A stretch of DNA of 63,605 bases, filler included, from Olpidium bornovanus S191 (Eukaryota > Fungi > Olpidiomycota), in the NCBI GenBank assembly GCA_017911155.1. It is 30 parts of 30 records of this genome, joined end to end, with 100 filler letters (N's around TTAATTAATTAA, not from the genome) between each part and the next. Parts side by side here need not be neighbours in the genome. Positions count along the whole stretch, not along the records: positions 31,152 to 34,624 come from JAEFCI010002628.1; positions 34,725 to 35,971 come from JAEFCI010005464.1; positions 36,072 to 37,161 come from JAEFCI010006945.1; positions 37,262 to 38,437 come from JAEFCI010001139.1; positions 38,538 to 39,612 come from JAEFCI010010026.1; positions 39,713 to 42,146 come from JAEFCI010004045.1; positions 42,247 to 43,537 come from JAEFCI010012750.1; positions 43,638 to 44,999 come from JAEFCI010013515.1; 22 more parts are not named here. The stretch is one strand, 5' to 3'. Below the pieces are notes generated by a model. That model worked only from the letters and a program-made list of their open reading frames with translations. It was not told the DNA's origin and ran no database searches. The translations under genes and the position numbers were made by a program. Within the stretch, counting starts at the first letter, position 1; every line of letters begins with the position of its first letter. This document shows, one piece after another, positions 32,303 to 44,774 of the stretch.

Positions 32303-34624
32303 CTACCTCCGCCCTTTACCCTTCTTCTTATTCTTCCCGCCGCCGCCGCCGCCGCCGCCGCTTCCGGCCGCACCACCGCCCCGGCTCTTGGTAACCTCCG
32401 CCGCGTCTGACGCAACATCCGATTTCGCCGAGACTTGCTCGCTGACGGGAGCGGGCGCAGGTTTGCTGGTGCGCAACAGCAATATAACTGCCGCGTCAGA
32501 AACCGGTTCCTGCCCGCAGAAACGAAGGGCGCAAAAAACGTCTCCTCGCGCGAGCTGAGGCAGTCCGTACGACGGAGACTTACCTCTTCATCCCGTGAAT
32601 GTTCGCGCTACCGGTCGACCCGACTCCTCCACCGCCAACCGCCGCGCCCTGCGGCCCCTTCAGAGCAACGTTCGCTCGGCCCTTGCCCTTCTTGCGCGCC
32701 GAAGTACGCAGGTCTTTGCGCAGCCAACGTTCCGGGTCGGGTAGGACGTTAGGATCGTAGTTCTTCGGTAGGAGGGGCTTGCGCGCTTTCTTTTTTTTTT
32801 TCTTAAGTTCCACGGCGCTAAACAAAAAAAGTTATAAAAAGGGTAGAAAGAGAGAGAGAGAAAGAAAGAAAGAAAAATTTAACAACGCCGTGGAGGTTCT
32901 GACCAATGTCAATGAGACCCACTTACTTTCCTCCGTCCGCTGCCGCTTTTCTCAAGTAGTACTTCTTCGCACCTGGGACGATGGACTCGAGAGAAGCGAC
33001 GTCCATCCCTGCGTCGGCCATGTCCAACGGAAGATCTGGAAGACCGCGGGCGTACTCGTTGGCCTTTGCGACGTCGAACGCGGCGATAGCCACGACGAGG
33101 CCGGCGAGCGCCTGGACGTCCGAGGGATCGTTGCGGAGGACGCGCTCGTAGTCCGAAACGGCCTCTCTCGTCCGGCCGGAAGCTAGCTTGATCTTCGCTA
33201 ACTCGCGCGTCAACGAGGCGGGAGTCTTTCGATCGCAAGGAGTCCGGACAGGTAGCATCAGTCGACATTTTTTACGCCCGTAACACGCCGTAAGTCAATT
33301 TATTAGGACGACGTACGTCCGCTTCCCCCGCTTCCTCGGCTGCGCGTTTGAGTGCACCGACGACCTCTTCCTTCCTGCCGAGCTGTTCGAGTAGCCAGAT
33401 GCGCAGTCGAACGGCCGCTCTGCTCGTCAGCTTGGCGCCTTCCAGCACCTGAAGGGACTGATCATACAAGCCCTGGGCAACTAGAAGCTGAACGCGCGCG
33501 AAACATATGGCAACGGAGCCCGGCCTCATTCTCGCCAATTCCGCCAGTTCCTCGAGAGCCTTTCCCGGCTGCTTCTGGAAAAGAGCGCACGACGCCAGTA
33601 CCAGGTTTGCCGCCTCCGAGTCCGGGAATTGCTCGGAAAGCCTGTTCGCAAGAGAACGAGCCTCGGATACCTAGCGGTGCAATGGTCTATGTTGGTGTCG
33701 GCGCAGCTTCTTGCGCCGCGTGCCGCCACCGTCTTCTCCAAAAAAGCGTGCCTTCGCACCTTTTTCATCTTAAGATACAGCGAGGCCAAATTCGCTGCCA
33801 TTGTCGCTCGCTGAGACCGGAGGAGTCGATGTTGCAGCTTTTCTGCATTGGCCGCCCGGAGCTTCTTTGCCGAGTCGAAAAGGTCTTTGCATCCGTAGCA
33901 TGCCACGAGGTTGTTGGACGCCACTGCACTTATTGCCTCATCCGCGTTCCTGACCGAAATCCATGAGCCCGCCAATCACCCGGTGACGGATATCGGCCAT
34001 GCCGCCGAATCCACGTACCTAGAACTAATCACCTCCTGATACGTCTTGGCAAAATCAGAGTCCAACCCGCGCATCTGCGCAATATAGCTCTTCTGAACGA
34101 GGATCGGAGCGAGTTCCTGTTCTTTCTCCTCAGATGTAAAGTGATCCACGGAAAGGTTCGAGCAAACGACTGTGGTTGGAGGTCAACGTTGCATTAGCAT
34201 CCCACTTCGAAAACGGTCCTAATCGGTTTGACTGAGAACTGCATGTACATTGCGCTCGATCAAGGTGTTTCTCCGCATTTACTAGGTCGTCTCGGGCTAG
34301 CGCCTCGCAAGCGGCATTGTAAAGCTGTTCGTGAGTCTCCAGCTTGGACTTCGGCAGCGCCTTCAATGTCCAAGCGGCATAATCGAGGTATGCTGGTCAG
34401 AACAGGACCACACAAAAAGATACAATCGGTGTAAGGCTGCTGCTGCACCTACCTCGATGGGCACGCTGCGTTTGGACATCGCGGCAGCGGCGCGGACCGC
34501 GGCGAAGTTCGTCATAATATCGTCGTGCAATGGATCGGACTACGGATGTTTGTTAGACAGACTACCTAGCAAAATTTGCGCAGCCACAAATTTTGTCCTA
34601 CACACGGTCCTCAAAGACTTCATG
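32303..34624 (-). CDS. SRP72: Signal recognition particle subunit SRP72 (5'-truncated, multi-exon)
   Basis: TPR region ETHEQLYNAACEALARDDLVNAEKHLDRAQ. SRP-RNA-binding motif KKKKKKARKPLLPKNYDPNVLPDPERWLRKDLRT. Last exon ends GKNKKKGKGRR* at 32303. Confidence 0.93.
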
Positions 34625-37600
34625 NNNNNNNNNNNNNNNNNNNNNNNNNNNNNNNNNNNNNNNNNNNNTTAATTAATTAANNNNNNNNNNNNNNNNNNNN
34701 NNNNNNNNNNNNNNNNNNNNNNNNCCCACCCGTTCAACATCCTGAACGTGCTAGCACTACGGTCCAATCCCTTTGTGATCATCAGCGTGTGTTTGGTTTT
34801 GGTAGCTTACGACGCGGGCGGGCGAGATTCCTCTACCGATCTCGCCTGCAGCTCCTCATCAACCATGGCAGATCGAGGTTTGACTCCTCGCCTGTTGAAT
34901 GCGGCAGTCCGCGTGGCCATGGTTCGACATCTACGCCGTCGTGCGAGGTTTTTGCTTGCTCGTGGATGGGAAGCTCGGTGGGGCGGTGTTGTTGTCCAGT
35001 TCAACAACGCCTTTTGTATACATCCAGTGTGAGTGCGATGGGAACGCACCAAGCTAGTTCAACCGTCTACCCTCGGGTAATTAGGTTCGCCTACGTCGCC
35101 TGCGGCGACGCGGCGAACCGTCAAAGGGCGTGCTCACTCAACCCTTACCGCTTAACCTTAACCGTTCAACGCTGACCGACCAACCCTGGCCAACCCTGGC
35201 CGCAGTGCGGTTCAGAAAGTTTCCCGTTGTCAGGAAAACCAGTTCAGGAGTTGGACGGCGTTCTCCCCCAGTAGCACGTTAACGGTGGCGTGACCGTAGA
35301 GCACACCATACGGCTCACAACGATTATCGCCGCAACCAAAAGAAAAAAAAAAGAAAAAAAAAAAAAAGAGAGAGAGACAGAGAGAGAGAGAGGAAAGGCG
35401 GGGGAACCCGTCGCGCGGTTCTCGACCGGCGGCGCGCCGTCCGCGTTGTCACGGGGAAGGGGGCCGGGCTCCCGGCCGACGTAAAGAAAAAAACCCCCCG
35501 AAACCTCCCGAGGTCCGGCGCGCGGACGCCCACGACGACAACTTTTCTGCATTCGAGCGGCACCGCGGAACGCCTACGCCCTCCGGGACGCAACCCGCGG
35601 CGAGGTAGGAGCCTGTTCTTGAGCAAGCCGGCTGACGGCCGTGGTGCGGGTGACAAAAGGCATGGGGCCCCGAAATATCTGCCGAGGTTATCGGGAACTG
35701 GTACAACGCCCACCGGCCTCGCCAAGGAAGCCGCTGCTGCTCACGCCGCGGACGACGAAGAACAGGTTCTCGAAGAAGAGCCGAGTGTTTTCTGAACCCT
35801 TTGCCGTTGGCAAGGGGCAATGGCCATTGCTCTCCAAGTGGAAGACACGGCTCATGAATAGTCAGATAACGAGCCAGCCCTGGTTCAGCAAAATGGAAAT
35901 GTGGCAGAGGAGGCAGAGGTGTAACGGTCGGTTAGGACCGCTTATAGGGTAGCTTATTTGAGTCTCGTGCCNNNNNNNNNNNNNNNNNNNNNNNNNNNNN
36001 NNNNNNNNNNNNNNNTTAATTAATTAANNNNNNNNNNNNNNNNNNNNNNNNNNNNNNNNNNNNNNNNNNNNCAACCGCAAACACCCCCCCCTCCCCCGGC
36101 TCAGCCGCTCCTGGCGGAACCTGAAGAACGCCGGCCTTTGCTGGAGAACGCAGACGGTTTTTCGGGGTACGGAGGAGCTCTGCTCTGCCGGGGCTGTATT
36201 TTCCGCCGCCTTTTGTTTACTCTACATGTGCGGGAAGGGGAAGCTACGGTCCAGGGGCGGAGAGTGCGCAGTGCCCCTTTACTATGCCTCCCCCTTTCCA
36301 ACAGAACCGGCCCCCCCCCGGCGCACGATTAAGAAGCAGGCGCCCGCTCGGCAATGCCGAGGATTCCCTCCGCCGCCGCTTCGCGCAGCAGCTTGCGTCC
36401 GCCACCCCCGCTGCCAACTGACCTCTCTCCGCACACAACGCACTAGTCGGTTTCCGCTCCCCGTTTGCACGAAAAGTTTGCCCGCACCCGCGCGCAGATC
36501 GCCGGCGCCCATGCGGGGCTTCGCCGGCGTGCGGCCAACGTGCGGCGGAAACCCACGCGCCTGTTTCTCCCGTGTGGATGACAAATGGCCACTGTCATTG
36601 GGCACAGGCTAGTGGGCGACTTGGCGGCCAATCTGCTCGCCATGGACTACATGCTGTCCTGCGCAGTGGGCTGCGGGGGGGGGCCACGACGTGCGCCCGT
36701 CGGTCTGAAGATGCACTCGGCAGCGATACTAGCAGTATACACGCCAGAGTACGCGACGGAGCGGCAGTGAGAGGCCAGGGCTCCTCTGCAATTAGGTAAC
36801 CGGCAAATGATGAACGAACAAGGCGGCAATTGCCGGAGGCGACGCCGGACGCTGAATTGTTTTGCGTCACTTCGAATTGCGCGTCGGTACGGCGTTTGCG
36901 CTCTTTCTTTTTTTTTCCGACTCGGATGGAAGGACCGGCTTCCACAAATTTCACGGGAGATGGTGCGAGACCCCCCCTGTGACATTCCATGCGGCAGTAC
37001 AAGCCTGCCGCCTACATGCCTACGAAATTCTTGCCCCTGCCTGACAAACACGCGCGCGGCGGGACACTTCCCACAGCAAACGAAGATCCTCCTCGGATTT
37101 GCGCTTTTTTCTAAGCCGAAACAAGCGCTCTCTCTCGTTTCTACTCCGGTCCTTCTCCTCCNNNNNNNNNNNNNNNNNNNNNNNNNNNNNNNNNNNNNNN
37201 NNNNNTTAATTAATTAANNNNNNNNNNNNNNNNNNNNNNNNNNNNNNNNNNNNNNNNNNNNCATGTGATTTTACAAAGGCGGGGACGGGACGACCGAGCG
37301 TTATGCGCACTCGTAGAAAACCCGCGCGCGACTCCAGCGGGAACGACGCCAAGATCTCGGCCCGACTTCATCCCGTAAAAACCGAAAGCGGTTCGAATTG
37401 CTCCTTGCCACACGCCGCTTTATTATGTTGTCAGGTAGGCACCCAGCTTAAAACTGCCCCTGACACTAGTTCGACTCACCCTGCGTTACCTGCGACACGT
37501 TTCAACAACTATAGGCGCCTTTAACAGCACCAGTACACCACCCTCGCCTGCCCGTTGCAGACTCTACTTGGTTCGAACCGCGTGACTGATTAGTACCGGT

Positions 37601-37810
37601 CCACAACCAGGATAAACAAGTGTCATTTTTTTTCTTGTTTTTAAGCGCGACCTAGATTTTGGAAAACGCCCGCGGAAACAGCTATCCAAAAAAAACACGG
37701 AAACGGTTCGAAGTAAACTCAGCAAAAGGAATTTGGTCTGCAACGTCCGCGCCACGTTCGTCGTGGTCGCCCCGACATACCCTACTGTTTTCTTATCTTC
37801 GAATTTTTTT

Positions 37811-38437
37811 TTATTTTTCCTGGCTCGAGTTCAGGAACTCCCAAGCCTGGGGCATCCACCCCGCCGTCAGGGCGGCCGCAACGACACACAGCGCCGCCAC
37901 AAACAATGCAAGGTGCGCGGCCGAGCGCCGCGCAGCGCTCGCAGGCGAAAAGATCGGCTTCGCCACTTCGTCCCAATTTTGCTGCCACGAGACCGTTCGA
38001 AAATCCTCTGCGCCCCTGCGGAGCGCAGTGAGTTTCCGCGTTTCCGTGGGGAAGCCTCCCAGAAGTTCCTGGTCGGATTTTTTTTTTTTTTTCCGGCCAG
38101 ACAAGTCCGCGGACAGGCGACACGATGAGCACGGAGACGGCCGAAAAGGCGGGAGAGGTGGCGGCGGCACCCCGCCCGCCACTTCCAGCACACCCCGAGC
38201 GACGACGTAAGATACCCACGACAAAACATTCTGCAAGGTCGGCGCTGCTCCCGAAAACCATTCCGTTTTTTCCGTGCTGAACGAGCTCGTGGAGACTGAG
38301 GAATTTCGAAAAAATAATCAGAGTCGGACACAAAGTAACCACCTTTGTCAGAAGACACTGCGAAGGCCGGCGCCCACGCCCCCGACGCTCACCATTCGAA
38401 TTTGACGGCGCATACGGGCAACCCGCACCCCAACATG
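37811..38437 (-). CDS. ALG1: Chitobiosyldiphosphodolichol beta-1,4-mannosyltransferase, 3' end
   Basis: In-phase exons 38437-38393 MLGCGLPVCAVKFE | 38295-38220 CLHELVQHGKNGMVFGSSADLAECFV | 38068-37811 ELLGGFP..SWQQNWDEVAKPIF.. Matches ALG1 DMFGCxLPVCAxxFxCLxELVxHxxNG. Confidence 0.9.
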
Positions 38438-39152
38438 NNNNNNNNNNNNNNNNNNNNNNNNNNNNNNNNNNNNNNNNNNNNTTAATTAATTAANNNNNNN
38501 NNNNNNNNNNNNNNNNNNNNNNNNNNNNNNNNNNNNNCATGACTCCATCCTGTGTAGTGCCGTCTCCCCCAGCCCTTCTCGCGAAATAAGCTTCCGCGAC
38601 GCCACACTTTTTCGATCTCGTTCCTCCTCATTCCGGGTTTCCGTCGGGCTTGCACCTTTCGCGAAATTAAGCTTCGTGGCGCTGCACTTCCTCGTCCTTT
38701 CCCCCCTCCCCCCGAGTTTCCGTGCGGTTTGCCTCGCCCCTTCCCGGATCCTCTTCGTCAGAACAGCCCACTCGTCTTTGCCCTCGCCCCTGTTGCGTTG
38801 ATCTAACTTCCCTCCCGGCCGCGGTAAGCTCATTCCGTCTCTCCTTCTCCCGTTCGGCCCCAGCAGCCCAGTCCTTCGTCTCCTAATCTCCCCTCATCTT
38901 TCAGTTTGTCACGTTGCGTTAAGCTCCGCGCCTGCCGACCCCCATGCCGGCGACTCTCACTTCTGAGCAGAGAAAGACGTTCGACAATTGGTTTAAAGAG
39001 CGCTACTCCCGTCAATCATCTGCCCTCGGCGCGGGTTCCCAGTCCCTGTCCGGGTCAAATCGGGACAAACTGGTCGCCAACCGCCACCGCATGGTCGACT
39101 TCCTGAAATTCTTGTGGTGCTTCCGAAACGCGGGCTCGCTTGACCAAACACA

Positions 39153-39310
39153 CGTTGAATATTTCCATCATCCGCTATTTGTACTATATCTATTAGTCCC
39201 CTACACGTTAGCCTTCCTTCCTCTTCCTCTCCTTCTTTTCCTTCCCCACACCAACGAAGAATAAAACGCGTTACCGGCGAAACATAACTCTCTCGAACAG
39301 GTTATGAGCC
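39153..39310 (+). mobile_element. Second Copia-type LTR end plus half-tRNAiMet PBS
   Basis: ...CTCTCGAACA followed by GGTTATGAGCC (39300-39310), with AATAAA about 40 nt upstream. The left LTR edge (cGTTGAAT at 39153) is inferred, not proven. Confidence 0.55.
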
Positions 39311-39712
39311 TAACGGGACGCCCCGCCCCCTCCCGTTGACGCGTTTCCGAACGTCCCCACAGCGCCCGCCCGCACGCCATCGCCTTTGAGATCGCCTCTG
39401 CGGCCTGTGCCCTGCGTTCGCCGCTGCCTCCGCCATCCCCGCAGCTCCGCGGCCGCCGAAGCACTGATCGCCTCTGCCCTGCTCTGCCGCCCCTGGTTTT
39501 CACCAAGCCGCAGCCGCACGCCGTCAGCCCTTAGCTGCCGCCGCCGCCGCCGTCACCCCCGCTCACCGCCGCTTTCCGGTAGCCGCTGCACCATCGCAGC
39601 CGCTTTCTGGCCNNNNNNNNNNNNNNNNNNNNNNNNNNNNNNNNNNNNNNNNNNNNTTAATTAATTAANNNNNNNNNNNNNNNNNNNNNNNNNNNNNNNN
39701 NNNNNNNNNNNN

Positions 39713-41130
39713 ACATGCCCGGAAGGTGAGTCCTGCGGATGGGGTGGTGGGTCTTAGTCAAACGTGGTGGAATCACCACCCGTGTTGGCGTACACGACTT
39801 GAAAATCTCCGCAGCGGGCAATTGTTCCCCCCTCCCCGCTATCCCACACCACTTTACCCGATCTTGCCGACTCCTATCCCTTCCAGGTGATTTCCGCGAG
39901 CAACGTAAAGCTGCGGTACACAGTGGACAAAAAAAGAAACCGTTTGGTACGAATCCTTCCGGATTCGGCGGGAAACCGACTCGGACGTACAGGTTTCCCG
40001 TCAATCTCCGCGCCTCCGCGTACCCAGGCCAAACCGGGCGGAGGTACCACTGGCAGTTTGTTCATCCCCACGAGGCCGCCGGGGCCGCCGTCGGCGCAAG
40101 ATGAGGCGGAAAAAACAATCGAACAAAAAAAAACGGTTTAGACGGCGGAATTTTTTCCACAAACCCTAGGGAACCTGACAGTAATCTCCCAGGAAAGGAA
40201 AGCGTCATACTCACGCGCCTTGAAATTGTTCGGACAGTCTATCCACCTTGCCAACCGGGGATGCCCGCAAAGGATGTAGTAACCGTCCAATATCTGAATC
40301 TCCTTACCTGCGGTGAGGTTGTTGTCGACGTGGCGTCGCATTCCCTGGCCACGGTTTTTTGACCGGAAATTCACAAAAACGCCGGCACTTTTTTTACCTC
40401 CGTACGCGACGCGTAGTCCCTTCAGATGCTGCCCGACCTGAAAAAAAAAAAAAAAGATCGTGAAGCCGCGCCCTCCGCCGTTTAGCCAAGCGGAAAAGGC
40501 ACGGGGAGGGGAACGAGACAAAGCTATATGCACCTCGGGTAGCTGGAGGGAGAGGGGGAAGGGGGGGGAAGCGGGGTCTCGCAACGCGCACCTTCCCAAC
40601 CTGCCAGCAGCCCGCGTGCACGCCGCGGCCGATGTACAGCGCCCGCCCGTCGGCCTCCCTTCCGGCAAGGAGCGCATCGGTCGGTATTGGATCGCCTGGG
40701 GTGTGGTATCTCTGTCGCGAAAGCGCATGGGGCGCGGGGACCCAACGAGGGTTCAGCTCAGACGGGCCGGCCCGGTGGTTCCGTCAGGCGCGTGGAAGAG
40801 CATTTTACGCCTGCTGGCGCGAGCGGTCGGCACGGCGGAGCGCTTGTGGGACGGCGCTCGTCCACTGCACAGAGCCGTCATCCTCTCGAAACCTTACCCA
40901 GGCAAGCGTCTGGTCCGTGTCCACGAAACCCATGGCCGTCCGCAATGCAACCAAAGCGAGCAACGAAGGGGTCAATCGAAAGATAGGAAAAAAAAATAAA
41001 ATAAAATAAAAAGGGCACGACTAGGGACGACCCCTCCCCCCCACTGCTACTGTTGCGCCGTCCCCCGACGCCCGGCAAACGGCAACCCCGTGAGAAGGCG
41101 GCGGACTGTATTCAAAGTGCGGTGTCGCCA
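39713..41130 (-). CDS. DM9/DUF3421-repeat protein (at least two repeats, 3'-truncated)
   Basis: Spliced: PIPTDALLAGREADGRALYIGRGVHAGCWQVGK | VGQHLKGLRVAYG | GKEIQILDGYYILCG.. then WVRGGAEIDGKP | LYVARGNHLEGIGVGKI | GTHLPGM. DM9 consensus is GxExDGxxLYxxRxxHxGxxxxGKxxxxxxxxxxxYGGxE. The 5' end is approximate. Confidence 0.82.
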
Positions 41131-42000
41131 TCTGGCCCAGGCCTTTATAGTTTGAATCTTCTAACGACTGCGCAGAGGGACCATTGAGGGGTGGTGCGCG
41201 CAGTGCAGCGTACCTTCCCATTCCTCCACCTTTATTTCCTATACGCCTCCTCACTACGCGCACCATAACGCCCATGATCGCTGTTGAATCTATGAAATCT
41301 ACCTCTCATCGCTTCTGGTCTTGAAATCCTGGACATTTTCTCGTTTCCACGCGTCTCTTTTGCGCATGCCAATCTGGCCGTTGCGACAGAGCTTCCTCCA
41401 TATCGACGACGGGCGTCAGCTGTTATTCAATCTCCGTGCACCCTCGCTTGGCGCAGCCCTTACTAGAGGGAGGTCGACGGCTGCAAGACGAGCGCGACGG
41501 CGTACACTTCCTCCATCGTACGGCTTCTTCGATGGGCGTCAACGTTTGCCGTATTGGATTATTACTTGGTGCCGGGCGGGTCGAGGCTTCCGTCAAATTC
41601 AGGCGAAAGCTTGTACACGCCTATGCCTCAGTCATCCTCCCTAGAGAGTGACGGCATCGACGCAAGAACGTGCGGAAGCTCGAAGTAATACGAAGAAAGG
41701 TGGAACTCGACCTGGGCCAGCAAAAGCACGGAAGGCGGCGTGGACAGGCCGCGGCTGTACCACGGAGCACGGCACGGGATGCGCAAAGAGCACGAAACAC
41801 AAGCCGGTGACCTGAATCCCTCGGCAGTGACCAAGAACTGGAAAAAATTCCCTGGGTGCGGTTTGTCAAGCAGCATTCCAGAACCTGGTGGGGTCCTCTC
41901 GCAGTGTCCAGGAAGTTTGGCGCACCGGAGACCACCTCAAACTGCATAAAGTGCAGAATTTCGGGAAAATTAAGCCACGAAATGGGAACCAAAGCCTGCT

Positions 42001-42082
42001 CTATTTCTTCCCCTTCGCTTGCTGGGACTTCAGAACCCTCTTGACAATCTTCTGCTCTTCGATCAGAAAAGCACGGACAATC
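42001..42082 (-). CDS. RPL34: 60S ribosomal protein L34 (eL34), last exon
   Basis: cag | G ATT GTC.. = RIVRAFLIEEQKIVKRVLKSQQAKGKK*, the diagnostic RAFLIEEQKIV motif. Confidence 0.93.
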
Positions 42083-42246
42083 CTGGAGGTCCCGCCGTTA
42101 TCGACAGAAAGTCTGCAAAGATACATCCCCAACCAAAGGGCGCATGNNNNNNNNNNNNNNNNNNNNNNNNNNNNNNNNNNNNNNNNNNNNTTAATTAATT
42201 AANNNNNNNNNNNNNNNNNNNNNNNNNNNNNNNNNNNNNNNNNNNN

Positions 42247-42297
<51 letters not shown>

Positions 42298-42593
42298 CGC
42301 GGGAGGACGCGGCGGCGGGCGGCGACCTTCACCGGGCGGGAGACCCAGGGAAGCAACACTTCACCTTCCCCCCTTCCGAAGGAAGCAAACGGCACCTGCG
42401 CGCACGGCTCGCGCGCCCGCCTCTGCACAAGCCTGCCGGGGAAGGGAGCTGGGAGAGGGGGCGAGGGAGCAACGTTCGGGACGAGCGAGGAGAGGAACGC
42501 TTTCCGCCCGCAAGACGCCGCCCGCTCGCCGAGTTGCCGGTTTTCCCTGCAACCGCCGCGTGTTGAAAGAGGCTGGCGCGCGCCAGCGGAACA

Positions 42594-43537
42594 ATGCGAC
42601 CGGAGGAGCCCGGCGCCATGACGGACACGGACGTCGCCCACCGAACGAGGTCATGCAACGGAGGGGAGGGCGGGATTGATAAGGAAGCTCTGTCGCCGGC
42701 CTCTTCCGCGTCCTCGTCCTCGGAGACCAGGCCCCGCCTTGAAATGGACACGAAGGACGACGACACGAAGGGAATCGCGAAGCCCGGCGCCGGCGACAGG
42801 GGCGCAGGAGATTTGCAGGGTGCCACCACCGCCCCAACGTCCAGTTCCAAGGTTGACCGTGGGAAGGTGAGGTTTAGCAGGTTGTGGAGGCAGCGACGAC
42901 GGTCTGTTGCTTGTCCATCAAGAAGCTCCGCTGTAGGCTGTATCTTATCAGCCTGCTCATGTCGGCTGGCTTCCGCATTTTCGAGACTCTCCCCCACCGT
43001 CCTGAACAAAACGCGCTGGCCGTCGCACTCTTGGCGAATCACAAAGCGATAACTAAGGGCATAACGCTGCCGCTTTCCCGACTTTCCCGTCTAGATTTGT
43101 CCGTTTCTTCTCCGCGTTTTTGCGCAGTATGGCGCTCACCACAGGTAAGGACTAGTAATACTTTGAGTCGTAAGGAAATGCCTCTCGGGAGTTTATGCGT
43201 AGTTTAAACCTGGTTTTGACTGCGAAAACCTCGTATTATATAGGCCGGAAGACTTCATGCCCCGCAACCTGCCGGTCAAACAGGAGATCGACATATACAC
43301 ATGGTAGGTGCTTATGACTGCGATAAAACTCTAGTATTGTCTGCCACATGAACCGCAGTTGTTGGATGGTACATTGCCGCCGTAAATGCAACAATTTTGC
43401 GGCGGTCTGAAACGCCTCATGTTCTTAAACAGGAAGGACGCCACTATGCGGGAAATCGGCAACCTCATCAAGTCCAGCTCGGAAACGGCAGCGTCCGTGC
43501 CGTTTGTTAGGATGTCATTTCGACTGATTTTCCGGAA
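42594..43537 (+). CDS. SAP18: Histone deacetylase complex subunit SAP18 (3'-truncated)
   Basis: In-phase exons 42594-42866 (..KVDRGK) | 43095-43144 ICPFLLRVFAQYGAHH | 43244-43303 RPEDFMPRNLPVKQEIDIYT | 43433- WKDATMREIGNLIK..MSFRLIF. Confidence 0.92.
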
Positions 43538-43639
43538 NNNNNNNNNNNNNNNNNNNNNNNNNNNNNNNNNNNNNNNNNNNNTTAATTAATTAANNNNNNN
43601 NNNNNNNNNNNNNNNNNNNNNNNNNNNNNNNNNNNNNCC

Positions 43640-43760
43640 ACTCTTACCGTCAGGCCGGCTGGATTGAAAAGCTCCAATTATTCAATATGTCTATCATATA
43701 CCTCCCGGGCAAACAAGACACCGTGGCAGACAACCTCTCGCGGCGCCCCGATCGCATGCC
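43640..43760 (+). mobile_element. Ty3/Gypsy RT-RNase H C-terminal relic
   Basis: RQAGWIEKLQLFNMSIIYLPGKQDTVADNLSRRPD resembles RQARWxExLxxFxxxIxYxPGKxNxVADALSRRPD. Confidence 0.8.
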
Positions 43761-44691
43761 ATCCCGAAGTTATAACCTCTGCTAAGTTATAGTTGGGGCC
43801 CTCCACCGGTCCTAATAACTTAGCAGAGGTGCGACTGTGCTTGGTCCAACGGAAAAAGTCACAACACTTCCGAGAATTTGGGATAGCCGGCCGCAAACCT
43901 CGCCAACATGCAATAAGCCATCGTGGCCTTCCAACGAGAAAGGCCGTAACCTCCGGAAAAATCGCCATTGCGGTCTCCAGCCGAGAAAGGCCTCGCCCTC
44001 TGTGAAACTCCGGCCTGCGGCCTAGAGCCCTGTAACGTATCCACGTGTTCCCTTTTTCCCCCCCTTGTATCCACGTCCCCTCGGCCTTCCAGCTCCGCCC
44101 CACTAACCAGAACCAAAATAAAGAACGGAACCGCCTTTGCCGCATCACCCACCTTTCCTTCACGACAATAGAAAGCACCCAGAGTCCATTTAGCCGATGG
44201 CACCGCAGAACATTGTATCAGTTCTAGGAAGCCAAGTTGTACTCTGGACAGGTCAGGCCAAGTGGTCCTTCGCAGGTTACGGTCAAGTCCCTTGGTCAAA
44301 GGAGTTCGTAAAGTGCGGAGTATTATATTCGAGTTGGTTACGTGTACAGCGCGTATGTTAAGTACAGACCAGGCGGGAGGGGATGGCGCTATTCATGCGG
44401 CAACGCGCGTCGTACGTCGTGCGCCACTGTGTTATGCATTAGCGACGTCTGCGCGTGCCCTGACGGCCGCCCGCGCCGGTCCTGCCGGCCGCCCGCGCAG
44501 GTCCTGCCGGGTGCCCGCGCGTGCTTCGTCATGTTCTCCTCTCCTCCTGGGGGAGTGCAGCGCGGGTCGTCGCGTGTTCTGTGCCTATAGTCGCTGGTTG
44601 GTCAGCTCCGTCTTGCTTGCCTCCGCGCGGGGTCGTTGGCGGAGTGCGCTGGCGGGCGGTTGACACGCGGGAACTCGGGGGAGCTCGAAAA

Positions 44692-44722
<31 letters not shown>

Positions 44723-44743
44723 CGGGGGGAGGGGGGGGGGGGG

Positions 44744-44774
<31 letters not shown>

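Noticed and set aside
34725-37161. Short ORFs and TTAACC/AACCCT words suggestive of telomeric repeats (~35140-35190)
   Set aside because: The words are few, irregular and not a tandem array. The ORFs have no recognisable family.
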